A stretch of 32,000 nt of DNA from Dickeya dadantii NCPPB 898 (GTDB taxonomy: Bacteria > Pseudomonadota > Gammaproteobacteria > Enterobacterales > Enterobacteriaceae). Made by a program: the position numbers and the translations under genes. Positions 18,597-26,854 of the stretch are shown here, one piece after another; position 1 is the stretch's first letter; each line of letters begins with the position of its first letter. The stretch covers positions 1,922,061 to 1,954,060 of the forward strand of contig NZ_CM001976.1 of assembly GCF_000406145.1 (NCBI RefSeq), given 5' to 3'. Below the pieces are notes generated by a model. That model worked only from the letters and a program-made list of their open reading frames with translations. It was not told where the DNA came from and did no database searches.

Positions 18597-19472
18597 ATGA
18601 GCCAGTACGAGGCGTTCGAGGTATTACAGCATTATAAAACCCGGTTGCAGGAGACGGTCACGCTTGCCAACGAGGTGCAACTGGCGGTCTGGCAAAACAG
18701 TCACGATCGGGTCACGCTGGAAAACGCCCATCACCACATTTTCAGCATGTACGTGCAGGATGGCTACGAAAGCTACCACAAGCGTCCGGACGGGTGGTTC
18801 AACGGCGGCGCGCCGGGGCGTTTTTGTCTGATGCCGAAAGAGAGCCAGTCCACCTGGGATATTCGCGGCAGCCTGCGGTTCGCCCACTTTTACTGTACCG
18901 ATCAGCACCTGCGCCAGCTGGCGGAGCAAACCTGGGATCGCAGCCCGGCGTCGATTCGTCTGGATGAGCGTATTTTTATCGCCGACCCGGCGCTGGAGGC
19001 GCTGTACCGCCATTTCCTGCTCGCCGGCAACTGGGGCGACCCGGCCAGCCAGATGACGCTGAGTTCCGCGACCACGTTGGTGATGCTGCATATGCTGCGT
19101 CAGTACAGCCAGTTGCAGTGGCAGGCGCCGAACAGCCGCGGCGGGCTGGCCCCGGCGGTGTTGCGGCGGGTAAAGGCGCGGATTGACGCCCGGTTGGGGG
19201 AGCCGCTTACGCTGGCCGAGCTGGCGGCGGAAGCCGATCTTAGCGAGTTTCATTTTTCCCGCATGTTCCGCCAGAGCGAGGGCATGGCGCCGCATCAGTA
19301 TGTGATGAAGCGGCGGCTGGCGCAGGCGGAACAGTGGCTACGCCACAGCCGCCGTTCCATCACCGATATCGCGCTGGCCTGCGGGTTCAGCTCCGCCAGC
19401 CATTTCAGCCAGCGCTTTCGCGCCGAGTACGGCATCACGCCTTCGGCGCTGCGTCAGCAATGCTCAGGCTGA
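18597..19472 (+). CDS. AraC-family transcriptional regulator
   Basis: The C-terminal double HTH is LAELAAEADLSEFHFSRMFRQSEGMAPHQYVMKRRLAQAEQWLRHSRRSITDIALACGFSSASHFSQRFRAEYGITPSALRQ. Confidence 0.85.
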   Translation: MSQYEAFEVLQHYKTRLQETVTLANEVQLAVWQNSHDRVTLENAHHHIFSMYVQDGYESYHKRPDGWFNGGAPGRFCLMPKESQSTWDIRGSLRFAHFYCTDQHLRQLAEQTWDRSPASIRLDERIFIADPALEALYRHFLLAGNWGDPASQMTLSSATTLVMLHMLRQYSQLQWQAPNSRGGLAPAVLRRVKARIDARLGEPLTLAELAAEADLSEFHFSRMFRQSEGMAPHQYVMKRRLAQAEQWLRHSRRSITDIALACGFSSASHFSQRFRAEYGITPSALRQQCSG

Positions 19473-20705
19473 AGGCTGCTGCGCCGCCAGCAGGCACAGC
19501 GTCAACGCCACCTGATAGGATTTGACGAACGACGGCAGCGGCAGAAACTCAAAGCGTGAATGGAAGTTGTGCGCGCCGGTAAAAAAGTTCGGCGTCAGAA
19601 TGCCTTTGGCCGACAGCGCCGCGCCGTCGGTGCCGCCGCGCATCGGAATCACGTTCGGCGCTATCGACAGGGTGTCCATGGCGGCGAACAGCAGATCCAG
19701 CGCCCGCCGGTCGTCTCCCAGCGCGTTGCTGATGTTGCTGTAGATATCGGCGATGGCGCAGCTGACCTGACCGGTGGGGTACCGGGCGGCGATCTGCGCC
19801 GCGACGTCGCGTATCTGCTGTTTACGCTGTGCAAAGCCGGCCAGATCGAAATCGCGGATCGAGGCTTTCAGCACCGCCTCATTGGCGTTGGCGTGAATGT
19901 CGTTGAACCAGACGTAACCTTCGCGGCCTTCGGTGTGCTCCGGGGTGTGCCGGCGGTCAAACTGGCTGATGAAATCGTGCGCCATCAGGATCGGGTTGAC
20001 CAGCACGCCTTTGGCCGACATCGGGTGCGCGGTGACGCCGGTAAAACGGATTTCCGCGGCGGCGGCGTTAAAATTCTCGTATACCACTTCGCCCAGTTCA
20101 CAGCAGTCGATGGTGTAGGCGAAATCGACGTCGAAACGCGCCAGATCCAGCGCCTTGGCGCCACGTAGCCCAATCTCTTCATCCGGCACGAACGCTACCA
20201 CGATATCGCCGTGCGGCTGGTCGTCGCGCAAATTTTCCAGTAGCGTCATCACCACGGTGACGGCGGCTTTGTTGTCTGCCCCCAGCACGCTGGTGCCGTC
20301 GCTGAAAATAATCTCCTGATCGCGATAGGGCAGGATTTCCGGATGCTCGCCGACCCGCAGCCAGATGTCCTGCGCTGGATTGAGACACAGATCTTCGCCG
20401 CTAAAACGCAAGGTTTGCGGATGAATTTCCGGCGACAGGCCGACATCCACGGTGTCGATATGGGTGATGAAGCCGATGCGCGGCGCGGACGGCGTGTTGC
20501 CCGGCTTCACGGCGGTGACGGTGGCGTGCTCGTCGCACACCACCTGGCTCAGCCCCAGCGCGCGCAATTCTTCCGCCAGCAACCGGGCCATCGCCATCTG
20601 GCCCGGCGTGCTCGGCAGCGTGGTCGCGGCGGCGTCGCTTTGGCTGGTGACCGCCAGATAGCGGTAGAAACGGTCGGTCAACTGACGCGCCAGGTTATTG
20701 TTCAT
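19464..20705 (-). CDS. pepT: Peptidase T family (M20B tripeptide aminopeptidase) paralog
   Basis: The ATG at 20705 follows an AAGGAA RBS. IGFITHIDTVD, LGADNKAAV, PHGDIVVAFVPDEEIG and MRGGTDGAALS..PNFFTG..NFHS are collinear with E. coli PepT motifs, at roughly 40 percent identity by eye. Confidence 0.85.
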   Translation of the reverse strand: MNNNLARQLTDRFYRYLAVTSQSDAAATTLPSTPGQMAMARLLAEELRALGLSQVVCDEHATVTAVKPGNTPSAPRIGFITHIDTVDVGLSPEIHPQTLRFSGEDLCLNPAQDIWLRVGEHPEILPYRDQEIIFSDGTSVLGADNKAAVTVVMTLLENLRDDQPHGDIVVAFVPDEEIGLRGAKALDLARFDVDFAYTIDCCELGEVVYENFNAAAAEIRFTGVTAHPMSAKGVLVNPILMAHDFISQFDRRHTPEHTEGREGYVWFNDIHANANEAVLKASIRDFDLAGFAQRKQQIRDVAAQIAARYPTGQVSCAIADIYSNISNALGDDRRALDLLFAAMDTLSIAPNVIPMRGGTDGAALSAKGILTPNFFTGAHNFHSRFEFLPLPSFVKSYQVALTLCLLAAQQPSA

Positions 20706-20819
20706 AACGGTTCCTTATTGGTAAACCCTATGGAAAATTCGGTATGGTTTTCAGCCATAATCAAAGGCTTCGTTGTACTCAGCGAGCCGCCCGGAAGTCA
20801 ATAAAAAACGAGGATGGGG

Positions 20820-22415
20820 ATGAAAAACGCAATAACGCGCGTCGCGCTGGCGGCGCTGACGCTGGCGGCCGCTCAGGCGGCGTGCGCCAAAACGCTGGTG
20901 TACTGTTCAGAAGGCTCGCCGGAGAATTTTAACCCGCAGCTGTATACCTCCGGCACCAGCGTGGACGCCAGCGCGGTGCCGATCTACAACCGGCTGGTGG
21001 ATTTCAAGGTCGGCACCACCGAGCTGGTGCCGAGCCTGGCGGAAAGCTGGGATATCAGCCCGGATGGCACCCAGTACACATTCCATCTGCGTAAAGGGGT
21101 GAAGTTTCATCGCAACGCGCAGTTTACCCCGAGTCGCGATTTCAACGCCGATGACGTAATTTTCTCTTTTCAGCGCCAGCGCGACCCCAATCATCCGTAT
21201 CACAAGGTATCCGGCGGCACCTACGCCAATTTTGAGAGCCTGTCGTTCCGCAGCCTGATTACCGCCATCGACAAGCCGGATGATTATACGGTGCGCTTTA
21301 CCCTGAGCCATGCGGAAGCGCCGTTTCTGGCCGATTTGGCCTGGTATTTCGCGTCGATCCTGTCCGCCGAATACGCCGACCAGATGCTGAAGGCCGGCAC
21401 GCCGGAGAAAGTGGATCTGGAACCGATCGGTACCGGCCCGTTCCAACTGGCGCAGTACCAGAAAGATTCCCGCATCCTGTATCAGGCGTTCCCGAATTAC
21501 TGGCAGGGCAAAGCGAAACTGGACCGGCTGGTGTTCAGCATCACGCCGGACGCTTCGGTGCGTTACGCCAAGCTGCGCAAGAACGAATGTCAGGTGATGC
21601 CGTTTCCCAATCCGGCGGAGCTGGCGGACATGAAGAATAACAAGGACATTACCCTGATGCAGAAAGCCGGCTTGAATATCGGTTTTCTGGCCTTCAATAC
21701 CCGCAAAGCGCCGCTGGATAACGTCAAGGTGCGTCAGGCGCTGACGATGGCGATCAACAAACCGGCGATTATCGAGGCGGTGTTTCAGGGCACCGGCAGC
21801 GCGGCCAAAAACCTGCTGCCGCCCGGCGTATGGAGCGCGGCAGCCGACCTGAAGGACGATGAATACGACCCGGAAAAAGCCAGATCGCTGCTGAAAGACG
21901 CCGGGCTGGCGGAAGGAACCGCTATCGATCTGTGGGCGATGCCGGTACAGCGACCGTATAACCCCAATGCGCGCCGCATGGCGGAAATGATTCAGGCCGA
22001 CTGGGCGAAGGTGGGGGTAAAAGCAAATATCGTCAGTTACGAGTGGGGCGAATACCTCAAACGGGTGAGGAGCGGCGAGCATCAGGCGGCGCTGATGGGC
22101 TGGACCACCGCCACCGGCGATCCGGACAATTTCTTCGGCCCGCTGTTTACCTGTACTTCCGCCAATGGCGGGTCCAACTCCGCCAAATGGTGCTACCCGC
22201 CGTTTGATAAGCTGATTACCGACGCGCGCGCCGAGCAGGATCACCAGAAACGCGTGGAATTATACCGTCAGGCGCAGTTCATGATGCATGAGCAGGCGCC
22301 GGCGGTGATGATCGCGCACTCGACTATCTTTGAGCCGGTGCGCAATACGGTGACCGGGTATGAAATCGATCCGTTCGGCAAGCACATTTTCTATCAGGTG
22401 GATATCCGGCAGTAA
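20820..22415 (+). CDS. dppA: DppA-like periplasmic dipeptide-binding protein (orphan, with no adjacent dppBCDF)
   Basis: [26 protein letters not shown]...GTGPFQL...[31 protein letters not shown]...SKWCY are strongly collinear with E. coli DppA. I prefer the ATG at 20820 over 20814 because of RBS spacing. The dppA symbol denotes family membership only; this is probably a paralog. Confidence 0.88.
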   Translation: MKNAITRVALAALTLAAAQAACAKTLVYCSEGSPENFNPQLYTSGTSVDASAVPIYNRLVDFKVGTTELVPSLAESWDISPDGTQYTFHLRKGVKFHRNAQFTPSRDFNADDVIFSFQRQRDPNHPYHKVSGGTYANFESLSFRSLITAIDKPDDYTVRFTLSHAEAPFLADLAWYFASILSAEYADQMLKAGTPEKVDLEPIGTGPFQLAQYQKDSRILYQAFPNYWQGKAKLDRLVFSITPDASVRYAKLRKNECQVMPFPNPAELADMKNNKDITLMQKAGLNIGFLAFNTRKAPLDNVKVRQALTMAINKPAIIEAVFQGTGSAAKNLLPPGVWSAAADLKDDEYDPEKARSLLKDAGLAEGTAIDLWAMPVQRPYNPNARRMAEMIQADWAKVGVKANIVSYEWGEYLKRVRSGEHQAALMGWTTATGDPDNFFGPLFTCTSANGGSNSAKWCYPPFDKLITDARAEQDHQKRVELYRQAQFMMHEQAPAVMIAHSTIFEPVRNTVTGYEIDPFGKHIFYQVDIRQ

Positions 22416-22428
22416 TCTCAGCGCCGCA

Positions 22429-22466
22429 GCGGGAAAGCCCTGGCTTTCCCGCCGGTTCTTTTTCCT
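22429..22466 (+). terminator. Rho-independent terminator downstream of the dppA-like gene
   Basis: A perfect 11-nt inverted repeat, GCGGGAAAGCC (22429-22439) and GGCTTTCCCGC (22442-22452), is followed by the T-rich tail CGGTTCTTTTTCC. Confidence 0.85.
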
Positions 22467-22483
22467 ATTCTCATTGTGCTGTC

Positions 22484-22555
22484 ACTCCCGTCGACAGTTT
22501 CACCTGCCGACAGCTTCTCCCATCGACAGTTTCTCCCGTCGACAGTACCATTGCC
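22484..22555. repeat. Four phased 16-bp tandem repeats (CGACAGTTTCTCCCGT consensus)
   Basis: CGACAG begins at 22492, 22508, 22524 and 22540, an exact 16-bp period. The array lies between the terminator and the dusC start at 22581. Confidence 0.75.
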
Positions 22556-22580
22556 TGCCTTTTTTATGATGAGTCGAGTT

Positions 22581-23516
22581 ATGCGCGTTTTACTGGCCCC
22601 GATGGAAGGGGTGTTGGATTCCCTGGTGCGGGAATTGCTCACCGAAGTGAATGATTACGATCTGTGCATCACCGAGTTTTTGCGGGTGGTGGATAGCCGT
22701 CTGCCGGTAAAAGCCTTTTATCGCCTGTGCCCGGAATTGCGCCACGGCAGCCGTACGCCGTCCGGCACGCGGGTGCGGGTGCAACTGCTCGGCCAGTACC
22801 CGCAATGGCTGGCGGAAAACGCCGCCCGGGCGGTGGAACTGGGTTCCTGGGGCGTTGATCTTAACTGCGGTTGCCCGTCGAAAATGGTCAACGGCAGCGG
22901 CGGCGGCGCCACGCTGCTCAAAGACCCTGATTTGATCTACCGGGCCGCCAGGGCAATGCGCGAGGCGGTGCCGTCATCGCTGCCGGTGACGGTGAAGGTG
23001 CGGCTGGGCTGGGACTCCGGCGAACGCCAGTTCGAGATTGCCGATGCGGTGCAACAGGCCGGAGCCAACGAGCTGGTGGTACATGGCCGCACCAAGGAGG
23101 ACGGCTATCGGGCGGAGCGCATCAACTGGGCGGCGATTGGCGAAATCCGCCGGCGTCTGCGTATTCCGGTGATCGCCAACGGCGAAATCTGGGACTGGCA
23201 AAGCGCACAGGACTGTATGGCCGCCACCGGGTGCGACGCGGTAATGATTGGCCGCGGCGCGCTCAACGTGCCCAACCTGAGCCGGGTGATCAAATACCGC
23301 GAGGCGCGTATGCCGTGGCCGGAGGTGGTGCAACTGTTGCAGAAATACGTGCGGCTGGAAAAGCAGGGCGACACCGGCCTGTATCACGTGGCGCGCATCA
23401 AGCAGTGGCTGGGCTATCTGCGCAAAGAGTACGACGAGGCGAGCGATCTGTTCAGCCGGATTCGCGCGCTGACTACCTCGGCTGATATCGAACGGGTTAT
23501 CGACGCCATCGAATGA
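22581..23516 (+). CDS. dusC: tRNA-dihydrouridine(16) synthase DusC
   Basis: ORF 22476..23516 trimmed to [33 protein letters not shown], which is identical to the E. coli DusC N-terminus, and similarity continues full-length. The upstream extension merely translates the repeat array. Confidence 0.93.
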   Translation: MRVLLAPMEGVLDSLVRELLTEVNDYDLCITEFLRVVDSRLPVKAFYRLCPELRHGSRTPSGTRVRVQLLGQYPQWLAENAARAVELGSWGVDLNCGCPSKMVNGSGGGATLLKDPDLIYRAARAMREAVPSSLPVTVKVRLGWDSGERQFEIADAVQQAGANELVVHGRTKEDGYRAERINWAAIGEIRRRLRIPVIANGEIWDWQSAQDCMAATGCDAVMIGRGALNVPNLSRVIKYREARMPWPEVVQLLQKYVRLEKQGDTGLYHVARIKQWLGYLRKEYDEASDLFSRIRALTTSADIERVIDAIE

Positions 23517-23691
23517 GCGGATATCGTGCCGTGGGCAATGGCCTGAGCACGTTTACCCGAACGGAAAGGCGGCGGGCAGGCGGCGAGCGGGTTACCCGCA
23601 GAGCGACTACGGCGACGATTTCTTCGTGAAAAGAAAATTTACAACAATGTGCCTGTTTAATCGGCAAAACGGGAGCAGGTGGATTGAATTA

Positions 23692-23994
23692 TTACGCTTT
23701 CGTATCTATACATGAGTAGCGAAAAACCGTTTTGTAATAATGATCCGATGGAATAGCGGGCTGGTGGTGTAAAACACCGTGTTCCGTATTGCGGTCAATT
23801 CGGGGCAGCGCGAAAATCCAGTTATCGGCGTTCATGCAATGAATTCCGGTAAAACCGGATTGATTGGCATTTACTGAATGAGATTTCTTTTGCAAATCCA
23901 TCATGATGAAACATGAGGGATTTGTTTTCTGGTAAGGAATTTCGGGTAAGGAATAGATGGGGCGTCTGTTTAATCCGTTCTCTTCTTTTAGCAT
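23692..23994 (-). CDS. Hypothetical small protein in the AT-rich islet (70-100 aa depending on start)
   Basis: This 100-codon ORF lies in locally AT-rich DNA, where long ORFs are less likely by chance, and its composition is not shadow-like. I found no convincing RBS at 23994 or at the internal ATGATG (23904/23901), and I recognise no family. Confidence 0.25.
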   Translation of the reverse strand: MLKEENGLNRRPIYSLPEIPYQKTNPSCFIMMDLQKKSHSVNANQSGFTGIHCMNADNWIFALPRIDRNTEHGVLHHQPAIPSDHYYKTVFRYSCIDTKA

Positions 23995-24280
23995 GGTGCC
24001 GGCGCACCGTGCCTGTGTTTGTGGTTCTCATTTCAGCAAAACGTGCCGATAAGATTGCCGGCCGGCGTGGTCTGCTTGCCGCTATGCGGGGAGCGTTCCG
24101 GTCTGTATGCGGCGCTAAGCCGCACTGATTCGCTGCGTAGCGGCGACAGCTCGAATAAGAAAATTAGCATGATAATAATATTGTTTAATAACAAACATAA
24201 CGTTATCTGGACGCCCGTCCCTGCCCGTATTCACCCCATAATGAGACGCGTCAGAGAGAACCGATAAGCGGAGAAAGAAC

Positions 24281-24820
24281 GTGCACGAGCATTTCAGAGG
24301 GAAATATGAAGTTGAATTGAAATTTCGTATTCAGGATATTAGCGCTTTCCGTGAAAATTTATTCAGCCATCATCCTGAGTCATTTGTGTTCGAAAATAAG
24401 GAAAACGATATTTATTATGATTCAGCGGAGAAAGCGCTGGGGCGACAGAATATCAGCATGTTATTACGCCGCATGGCGCCCTCGGGAATTAAGCTCTGGA
24501 TTGTAAAAGGGCCGCGTACCGGACGCTGCGAAGCTGTCAATATCGAGTCGTGCGACATGACGGACAGTATGCTGAAAACGCTGGGGTTTCTGCCGATCTT
24601 CGAAGTGAATAAAACCCGCAGCATCTATTTTCTCGACCGGTTCCATATCACGCTGGATTATATCGAGTCGCTGGGGCATTTTGTGGAGATCTCCTGCATG
24701 ACCGAGGAAGAGGCGGAACTGGATATTCTGGGCGAGCATTGTCAGGATTGCGCCTTGCGGTTGGGGTTGCAGATGAGCAATATTGAAACCCGCTCCTATC
24801 GGCAACTGCTGGGTTATTAG
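24281..24820 (+). CDS. cyaB: Class IV adenylate cyclase (CYTH domain, CyaB type)
   Basis: The GTG at 24281 follows a GGAGA RBS by 6 nt. The ExExK signature (KYEVELKFRI) is present, and SGIKLWIVKGP..RCEAVNIE and the C-terminal RSYRQLLGY match what I recall of Aeromonas CyaB and Yersinia pestis AC-IV. The 179-aa length also fits. Confidence 0.85.
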   Translation: MHEHFRGKYEVELKFRIQDISAFRENLFSHHPESFVFENKENDIYYDSAEKALGRQNISMLLRRMAPSGIKLWIVKGPRTGRCEAVNIESCDMTDSMLKTLGFLPIFEVNKTRSIYFLDRFHITLDYIESLGHFVEISCMTEEEAELDILGEHCQDCALRLGLQMSNIETRSYRQLLGY

Positions 24821-24852
24821 GCGAACAGCGGGGCATATTCGTTGCGGGACAC

Positions 24853-24884
24853 GGCTATAACGGAATATGGCTATAACGGAATAT
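24853..24884. repeat. Perfect tandem duplication of a 16-bp unit (GGCTATAACGGAATAT, two copies)
   Basis: Positions 24853-24868 and 24869-24884 are identical, and a degenerate third copy (gacgaaatat) follows. The repeat lies between the convergent cyaB and queH. Confidence 0.7.
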
Positions 24885-24908
24885 AACCATGACGAAATAT
24901 AAACTGAA

Positions 24909-24927
24909 CGCCCGGCGTCGCCGGGCG
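24909..24927 (-). terminator. Hairpin downstream of queH (candidate terminator)
   Basis: CGCCCGGCG-T-CGCCGGGCG forms perfect 9-nt arms. On the minus strand it is followed by the T-rich TTCAGTTTATATTT. The plus strand has no U-tract. Confidence 0.5.
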
Positions 24928-24945
24928 GACTGAGCCGATCGCGGA

Positions 24946-25629
24946 TTAACTATCGGACGGGGCGTCATCGCCGTAATAGAGTTTGCCGATGCGGATGATG
25001 TCGCGGCCCTGTGCCTTGCGGTGTTTGTTGGTGTCGCGCAGCGAGTAGATGCAACCGCAGTACTCCTGCTGGTAGAAGTGTTCCCGCTTGCTGATTTCAA
25101 TCATCCGCGCCGAGCCGCCGCCTTTACGCCAGTTATAGTCCCAGTACGTCATGCCGGGGTAGCGGCCGGCGGCATTGCTGCCGCACTGGTTGATCTGTTG
25201 CATGTTCTTCCAGCGGGAAATGCCCAGCGAACTGGAGATAACCGAAAAACCGTGCTCGTGGGCGTATAACGCGGTGCGCTCAAAACGCATATCGAAGCAC
25301 ATGGTACAGCGAATGCCGCGTTCCGGCTCCCATTCCATACCTTTGGCGCGCTCAAACCAGTTATCGCTGTCGTAATCCGCGTCGACAAAGGGAACGCCAT
25401 GCTTTTCGGCAAAACGAATATTTTCTTCCTTGCGGATCAGATATTCGCGCTGCGGATGAATGTTCGGGTTATAAAAGAAGATGGTGTAATCAATGCCGGA
25501 AGCGGTGATGGCTTCCATCACTTCGCCGGAGCAGGGGGCGCAGCAGGAGTGCAGCAACAGTTTGTCGGCCTGATTGGGCAGTGTCAGCACCGGGCGCTGA
25601 ACGCCCGCGGTCTGTTCCTTGTCGGACAC
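24946..25629 (-). CDS. queH: Epoxyqueuosine reductase QueH (DUF208 family)
   Basis: It has the [12 protein letters not shown] motif and a C-terminal [10 protein letters not shown] cysteine pair. I trimmed the ORF to the GTG at 25629, which has an AAGGA RBS 7 nt upstream, giving 227 aa. The track ORF extension to 25773 is Arg/Ala/Gly-rich and unlikely to be coding. Confidence 0.82.
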   Translation of the reverse strand: MSDKEQTAGVQRPVLTLPNQADKLLLHSCCAPCSGEVMEAITASGIDYTIFFYNPNIHPQREYLIRKEENIRFAEKHGVPFVDADYDSDNWFERAKGMEWEPERGIRCTMCFDMRFERTALYAHEHGFSVISSSLGISRWKNMQQINQCGSNAAGRYPGMTYWDYNWRKGGGSARMIEISKREHFYQQEYCGCIYSLRDTNKHRKAQGRDIIRIGKLYYGDDAPSDS

Positions 25630-25883
25630 GGTTTCATCCTTTTGGGGTCGTCGATGGTCTGGATTGTCGTCGAGGCATCGCCCGGTGTGGCCGCCGGCGC
25701 GATACGCGCGGCCAGTATCCGTTATCACTAACCCGATGACAACCGCTGAACGGGCAGGCGGCGCGGCTGTCAAACTTTGTCACAAAGCTTTTTCAGCAGG
25801 TGGAGTGCACGCTATCCAGGGGCGCATTATAATGCGTCGGTCTCTTTTTTCAGTTAACAGTATACTGTTTAAGCTATTGAATA

Positions 25884-26837
25884 ATGAATAAAAAATTTCG
25901 GCTTTCCGTTGTAAGCCTGCTGTTGCTTTCCGCGCCTGTCTGCTTTGCGCCGCAGGCCGTCGCCAAAACGCCTACGACACAACATGTCACATCCCGTCAG
26001 GAGATCGCCTCCGGTAGCGCGATGGTGGTGGATTTACGTAATAACGAGGTGCTCTATTCCGCCAATCCGGATGTAGTGGTGCCGATTGCCTCGGTCACCA
26101 AACTGATGACCGCCATGGTGGTGCTGGACGCTAATCAGCCGCTGGACGAGCGCATTTCCGTTGATATCAGCCAGACCAAAGAGATGAAAGGGGTCTATTC
26201 CCGCGTGCGTTTGGGCAGCGAAATCAGCCGCCACGACATGCTGTTGCTGGCGTTGATGTCGTCGGAAAACCGCGCGGCGGCTAGCCTGGCGCACCATTAC
26301 CGCGGCGGGTATCAGGCGTTTATCGCCGCGATGAACGCCAAAGCGAGAGCGCTGGGCATGACCCATACCCGCTATGTGGAACCGACCGGGCTGTCGACCA
26401 GCAACGTCTCCACCGCCCGCGACCTGACCAAACTGCTGATCGCGTCCAAGCAGTATCCGCTGCTGAGCCAGCTCAGCACGACGCAGGAAAAAAACGCGGT
26501 GTTTACCCAGCCGTCCTACAGTCTGCCGTTTCGCAACACTAACCATCTGATTTATCGTCAGGACTGGAACATCCAACTGACCAAGACCGGCTTTACCAAT
26601 CAGGCCGGCCACTGTCTGGTGATGCGCACGGTGATCAACGGACGGCCGGTGTCGCTGGTGGTGCTGGATGCGTTCGGCAAATTCACCCACTTCGCCGATG
26701 CCAACCGCCTGCGCAACTGGCTGGAAACCGGCAAAGTCAGCCCGGTGCCGGAAGCGGCGCTGAGCTACAAGAAACAGAAGTCGCTGGCGTCGCGCCAGCC
26801 GCACGGCGCCGACGTCACGGCCGCCGTGGACGAGTAA
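25884..26837 (+). CDS. pbpG: D-alanyl-D-alanine endopeptidase PBP7
   Basis: The signal peptide ends in FAPQAVAK. The SVTK (SxxK), SENR and KTG motifs are present, and the protein is collinear with E. coli PbpG through ALSYKKQK. Confidence 0.92.
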   Translation: MNKKFRLSVVSLLLLSAPVCFAPQAVAKTPTTQHVTSRQEIASGSAMVVDLRNNEVLYSANPDVVVPIASVTKLMTAMVVLDANQPLDERISVDISQTKEMKGVYSRVRLGSEISRHDMLLLALMSSENRAAASLAHHYRGGYQAFIAAMNAKARALGMTHTRYVEPTGLSTSNVSTARDLTKLLIASKQYPLLSQLSTTQEKNAVFTQPSYSLPFRNTNHLIYRQDWNIQLTKTGFTNQAGHCLVMRTVINGRPVSLVVLDAFGKFTHFADANRLRNWLETGKVSPVPEAALSYKKQKSLASRQPHGADVTAAVDE

Positions 26838-26854
26838 CCCAGGATAGGGCGGCG

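Noticed and set aside
20907-22244. 445-aa minus-strand ORF
   Set aside because: It is antisense to the dppA-like gene and has shadow-ORF composition (R, G, Q and A-rich).
25856-25869. Palindrome AACAGTATACTGTT, considered as a LexA (SOS) box
   Set aside because: The LexA box is CTGT-N8-ACAG. Here the half-sites are in the opposite order (ACAG...CTGT) with a short spacer, so it does not fit.
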